A DNA stretch of 64,000 nucleotides from Gemmatimonadota bacterium (GTDB lineage Bacteria; JBHIER01; G020348925). A program made the translations under genes and the position numbers. Within the stretch, counting starts at the first letter, position 1; every line of letters begins with the position of its first letter. Under the pieces are notes generated by a model. The model saw only the letters and a list, made by a program, of their open reading frames with translations, did no database searches and had not been told where the DNA came from. This document shows positions 60,461 through 64,000 of this stretch, one piece after another. The stretch spans positions 372,001 through 436,000 of the forward strand of contig CP070758.1 of assembly GCA_020348925.1 (NCBI GenBank), written 5' to 3'.

Positions 60461-61384
60461 ATGGCAAATATCAAAGTATATCAGGACATTGAAGTCGAAG
60501 ACCCCGTCATGATCGCCGGCTGGCCCGGCATGGGCAACGTTGCCCTTGGTGCTGTGAATTACCTGAGGAGGAAAATTGAAACGGTTCCCTTTGCTGAAAT
60601 TGAGACAAGCCAATTCTTCGCGCCCGATGCCGTCATTGTGAAGAATGGCTTGGCCAAGCTTCCTCAAGTCCCTCAAAATCTATTCTATTACTCGTTGGCT
60701 CCGGCAGTGATCATTTTTGAGAGCAACGCCCAGGTGAGTGGTGCGGACAGCATACATTTTTTGAAGCTTATTCTGGATTTTGCACAAAATTTCAAAGTTC
60801 GCAGGATTTATACTGGTGCGGCATTCCCCATGCCGATCAGCCACAAAGAAAAACCCGCGGTCTACGGGGTGGCCAACCGAAAGGATCTTCTGAATGTGAT
60901 CGCAAAAAGCCACATTGAAATTATGGAGGGCGGACAGATCTCGGGATTGAACGGTTTGCTGTTGGGGTACGCAGAACAGCGGGGGATCGAGGCCATCTGT
61001 CTCTTGGCCACCATGCCCAACTACGCCATAAGTTTCCCCAATCCCAAAGCCTCTAAGGCCATTCTCTCTGTTCTGACCAGAATGTTACATGTTCGGATCG
61101 ATATGTCTGAATTGGACGCATTCTCTCAGGAAATGGATGAAAGAATGAAGGCCATCGAGGAGAAGATACGAGAGATGTTCCCCACCGCCGGTAAAGGCGA
61201 ACGCGCTGCGGATCTGGACAAGAAGGAAGTGCCCAAATATATCATGGAGAAGATTGAAAAACTCTTTCAGGAGGCCAAAGGCAATAGAGAAAAAGCGTAC
61301 GATTTGAAGGAAGAGTTGGATCGCTGGGATCTCTTCAAGTTTTACGAGGACCGTTTTTTGGATCTTTTCAAAAAAGATCACTGA
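60461..61384 (+). CDS. PAC2 (proteasome assembly chaperone) family protein
   Basis: PVMIAGWPGMGNV, IYTGAA, ISGLNGLLL...GIEAICLL, PNPKAS. Confidence 0.85.
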   Translation: MANIKVYQDIEVEDPVMIAGWPGMGNVALGAVNYLRRKIETVPFAEIETSQFFAPDAVIVKNGLAKLPQVPQNLFYYSLAPAVIIFESNAQVSGADSIHFLKLILDFAQNFKVRRIYTGAAFPMPISHKEKPAVYGVANRKDLLNVIAKSHIEIMEGGQISGLNGLLLGYAEQRGIEAICLLATMPNYAISFPNPKASKAILSVLTRMLHVRIDMSELDAFSQEMDERMKAIEEKIREMFPTAGKGERAADLDKKEVPKYIMEKIEKLFQEAKGNREKAYDLKEELDRWDLFKFYEDRFLDLFKKDH

Positions 61385-61479
61385 CGGAGTTCTCCTTTTC
61401 ATCCTGTGGCTTGACAGATGAATATTGAACCGGACGTTCGGGTTTTTCAGGATCTCTTCTTTTATCAAAGGAAATAACG

Positions 61480-62061
61480 ATGCGAACATCAGAATATGCG
61501 AAAAGGGAAACATTCTACTTTGCACGCCCCGGCTTTGAAAATACGGATTCGACGCTCGATTTCGCTCACAGGAGGTCCCTTGATCTGGACATCAAGAGTG
61601 TTATTGTGGCCACGACTGTCGGCCAGACAGGCGTTAAGGCTGCAGAACTTTTCAAAGGATATACCCTCATCGTTGTGACCCACTCGACAGGGTTTACGAA
61701 GCTAAACGTGCAGGAGTTGTCCGAGGAGAACCGGCAGGCAATACTTGCCTCGGGGGGAAAAATCCTGACGTGTCAGCATGCATTCGGCGGGGTCGGCCGC
61801 GCGGTCCGAAAGAAGCTGGGCACGTATGAACTTGAAGAAATTGTGGCTTATACGCTTCGAATCTTCGGGGAGGGCACGAAGGTGGCCTGCGAAATGGTTC
61901 TTATGGCCGCCGACGCCGGGTTCATACGAACCGATGAGGAGGTGATCGCCATCGCAGGAACGGGGCGGGGGGCGGATACGGCCCTGGTGATCCAACCGGC
62001 GAACGCGCAGACCTTTTTTGACCTGCGGGTAAAAGAGGTCATTTGCAAACCGAGGTTCTGA
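61480..62061 (+). CDS. Stand-alone pyruvate kinase C-terminal (PK_C) domain protein, MTH1675-like
   Basis: YFARPG.ENT, IVATTVGQTG, VVTH..GF, TLRIFGEGTKVACE..LMAADAG, AGTGRGADTA. Confidence 0.85.
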   Translation: MRTSEYAKRETFYFARPGFENTDSTLDFAHRRSLDLDIKSVIVATTVGQTGVKAAELFKGYTLIVVTHSTGFTKLNVQELSEENRQAILASGGKILTCQHAFGGVGRAVRKKLGTYELEEIVAYTLRIFGEGTKVACEMVLMAADAGFIRTDEEVIAIAGTGRGADTALVIQPANAQTFFDLRVKEVICKPRF

Positions 62062-62418
62062 TGGAATCAGGGCTTTGCGAAAAGATCATTCAACGCTTTT
62101 TTACATCCTCATGGCAGCCGCCTATTGAATTCGTGTCTGGGATTTATGCCGTGTGACGAGGGGAACAGTGAATCAGCCATTAAAGAATGTGGTGACGCAT
62201 TTCTCTCCGAAAGGGACAAAAAAGCATTCCTCGGCCCTCAGAAGCACTGCTCAGAGCTCCGGAGAAAAAGTGAAGTCGAAGAACAAGAGGTGGTTGCATG
62301 TCTGGATCCGGTTTCGATTGGAGTGCCACGAAAGTATCGTTCTCGAGCACCGAATGGGGAGGGTCCTCTGCTAAACGTTTGAGTGTACCCGTGAACAAGA
62401 TCATTTCTCTGTATTCAT

Positions 62419-63609
62419 ATGGTCAAGAGCCAAAGAACCATTATCCATCTCGATCTGGATGCCTTTTTTGCCTCGGTGGAACAGCTGGACAAGCCGGAAC
62501 TGAGAGGCAGACCGGTGGTGGTGGGAGCTGATCCGAAAAAAGGCCGAGGTGTCGTCTCTGCTGCCTCATACGAGGCACGAGAATACGGGATTCATTCGGC
62601 CATGCCAATCTCCAGAGCACATCGACTCTGCCCTCACGGCGCATTTCTTCCCGTTCGCATGCGCCGCTACAAAGAAATATCCGATAGGATCATGAAGCTT
62701 TTGAAGGAGTATACACCACTTATCGAACAGGTGAGTGTCGATGAGGCCTTCCTGGATGTGACAGGGTGTGACCGACTTTACGGTTCGGCTGAGGCGATCG
62801 GAAAGGAAATCAGAGCGAGAGTCCGGAAAGAAGAGGGGCTGACCATATCTGTGGGCATTGCGCCGAACAAATATCTGGCCAAAATGTCGTCGAAACTGGG
62901 GAAGCCGGATGGATTTGTGATCGTCAAATCCGGGAAAGAAAAGGAATTTCTGGCGGAACGAACTGTTGAATGTCTCTGGGGCGTTGGGGACAAGACGTCA
63001 AAGAAGCTTCGCGAAATGGGGATTACGACCATTGGCCAGTTAGCCAACTACCCCCCCGAATCATTAGAGAAGAAAATGGGCAAAATCGGTCGCCGTTTAT
63101 GGGAACTGGCCCATGGAATCGATGACAGTCCTGTCGTCACCAGGGATGATGTCAAATCGATCAGCCATGAGACCACATACGGCAGGGATATCGAAAACGT
63201 CTCATCGATGAAAAATACGCTCCTCGACTTATCCGAGCGAGTCGGCCGACGAGCCCGCCGGAAGGGGATCACAGGCAAGACGATCACCTTGAAAATACGT
63301 TTTGCTGATTTCACAACGTTCACCCGGAATCGCACATTGAAACAGGCGACGAATGGAACCGATAATATCTACAAGGCCGCGCTGAGCCTTCTTCAAACCT
63401 TTGAACTGACCGGCAGGAAAGTGAGACTTTTGGGTGTTGGGATCTCGCACCTGAGCCAAGGCAGCGAAAGTCAAGAGGACCTTTTTCAGATTGACGAAAA
63501 AAAGTGGGAAAAAGTCGATGGTGTTCTTGACAAAATCGAGGAGAGGTATGGGAAGGGGACAGTGAAACGGGCGGCCCTTCTTCGGAGTGGAACGCCCAGA
63601 AAAAGTTGA
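62419..63609 (+). CDS. dinB: DNA polymerase IV
   Basis: IIHLDLDAFFASVE, SAASYEAREYGIHSAMP, SVDEAFLD, SVGIAPNKYLAK, KPDG, VRLLGV. Confidence 0.97.
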   Translation: MVKSQRTIIHLDLDAFFASVEQLDKPELRGRPVVVGADPKKGRGVVSAASYEAREYGIHSAMPISRAHRLCPHGAFLPVRMRRYKEISDRIMKLLKEYTPLIEQVSVDEAFLDVTGCDRLYGSAEAIGKEIRARVRKEEGLTISVGIAPNKYLAKMSSKLGKPDGFVIVKSGKEKEFLAERTVECLWGVGDKTSKKLREMGITTIGQLANYPPESLEKKMGKIGRRLWELAHGIDDSPVVTRDDVKSISHETTYGRDIENVSSMKNTLLDLSERVGRRARRKGITGKTITLKIRFADFTTFTRNRTLKQATNGTDNIYKAALSLLQTFELTGRKVRLLGVGISHLSQGSESQEDLFQIDEKKWEKVDGVLDKIEERYGKGTVKRAALLRSGTPRKS

Positions 63610-63633
63610 ATGACCAGACAGGAGCGTGGTGGA

Positions 63634-63972
63634 ATGATTGATTCGTATCGTTTTGGAGAGATCGTCATTGATGGCCATCCTTACACCTCTGATGTCGTCA
63701 TCTATCCCGATCGCGTTGATTCGAGCTGGTGGCGAAAGGAGGGGCATTGTTTGAGTATCGACGATCTCAAGAATATTGTCGAGAACGAACCAGAAATTCT
63801 TGTTGTAGGCACAGGAGATGCTGGTGTAATGACTATTCCCGAGGAGACGGTGGAGTATCTTCAGCAAAAGGGGATCAACCTGATTGCCGAGAGAACCGGT
63901 CAGGCTTGGCATACCTATAACCGATTGTCAGGATCAGGAAAAGTTGTAGCCGCACTGCATCTCACCTGCTGA
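63634..63972 (+). CDS. Mth938-like (DUF498/DUF598) protein
   Basis: IDSYRFGEIVIDG..Y..DV, WWRKEGH, VVGTG, AALHLTC. Confidence 0.92.
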   Translation: MIDSYRFGEIVIDGHPYTSDVVIYPDRVDSSWWRKEGHCLSIDDLKNIVENEPEILVVGTGDAGVMTIPEETVEYLQQKGINLIAERTGQAWHTYNRLSGSGKVVAALHLTC

Positions 63973-64000
63973 AAGGAGTAATACCAATAATGTCAGACAA

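Noticed and set aside
62062-62418. LexA/SOS box upstream of dinB
   Set aside because: No match to CTGT-N8-ACAG or GAAC-N4-GTTC that I could support.

Overview
This is the origin-of-replication region of a bacterial chromosome. The organism is probably a diderm from an FCB-associated lineage (KSB1/Latescibacterota/Zixibacteria/TA06-like); this is inferred only from NYPNPFNP-type C-terminal sorting domains and abundant dockerins. The core is gyrA-gyrB-DUF721-(recF remnant)-dnaN-oriC-dnaA on the minus strand, with rpmH-rnpA-yidD-yidC-mnmE-mnmG-rsmG diverging on the plus strand. It carries DnaA-box clusters on both sides of dnaA, a B. subtilis-like DnaA-trio unwinding module and two parS palindromes. 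Housekeeping genes follow: selC tRNA-Sec, lpdA, trxA, ruvB-queA-ispD-ispF, mutY and dinB. Two accessory systems stand out. (1) A candidate cellulosome-like but non-cellulolytic cohesin-dockerin system: a 5-cohesin + dockerin + CTD scaffoldin-like gene behind a perfect sigma70 promoter, plus four secreted dockerin-tagged proteins (esterase, beta-helix protein, DUF362 protein, heparinase II/III-like lyase). (2) A four-gene operon (unknown protein, two DUF2791/BrxD-like ATPases, Lhr-like helicase) resembling but not matching the Shango and type-2 BREX defence modules. The window also holds a decayed recF, a histone-H1-like lysine pentapeptide protein, a dispersed ~155-bp structured repeat and several REP-like palindromes. 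All family calls come from motif recognition by eye; no searches were run.
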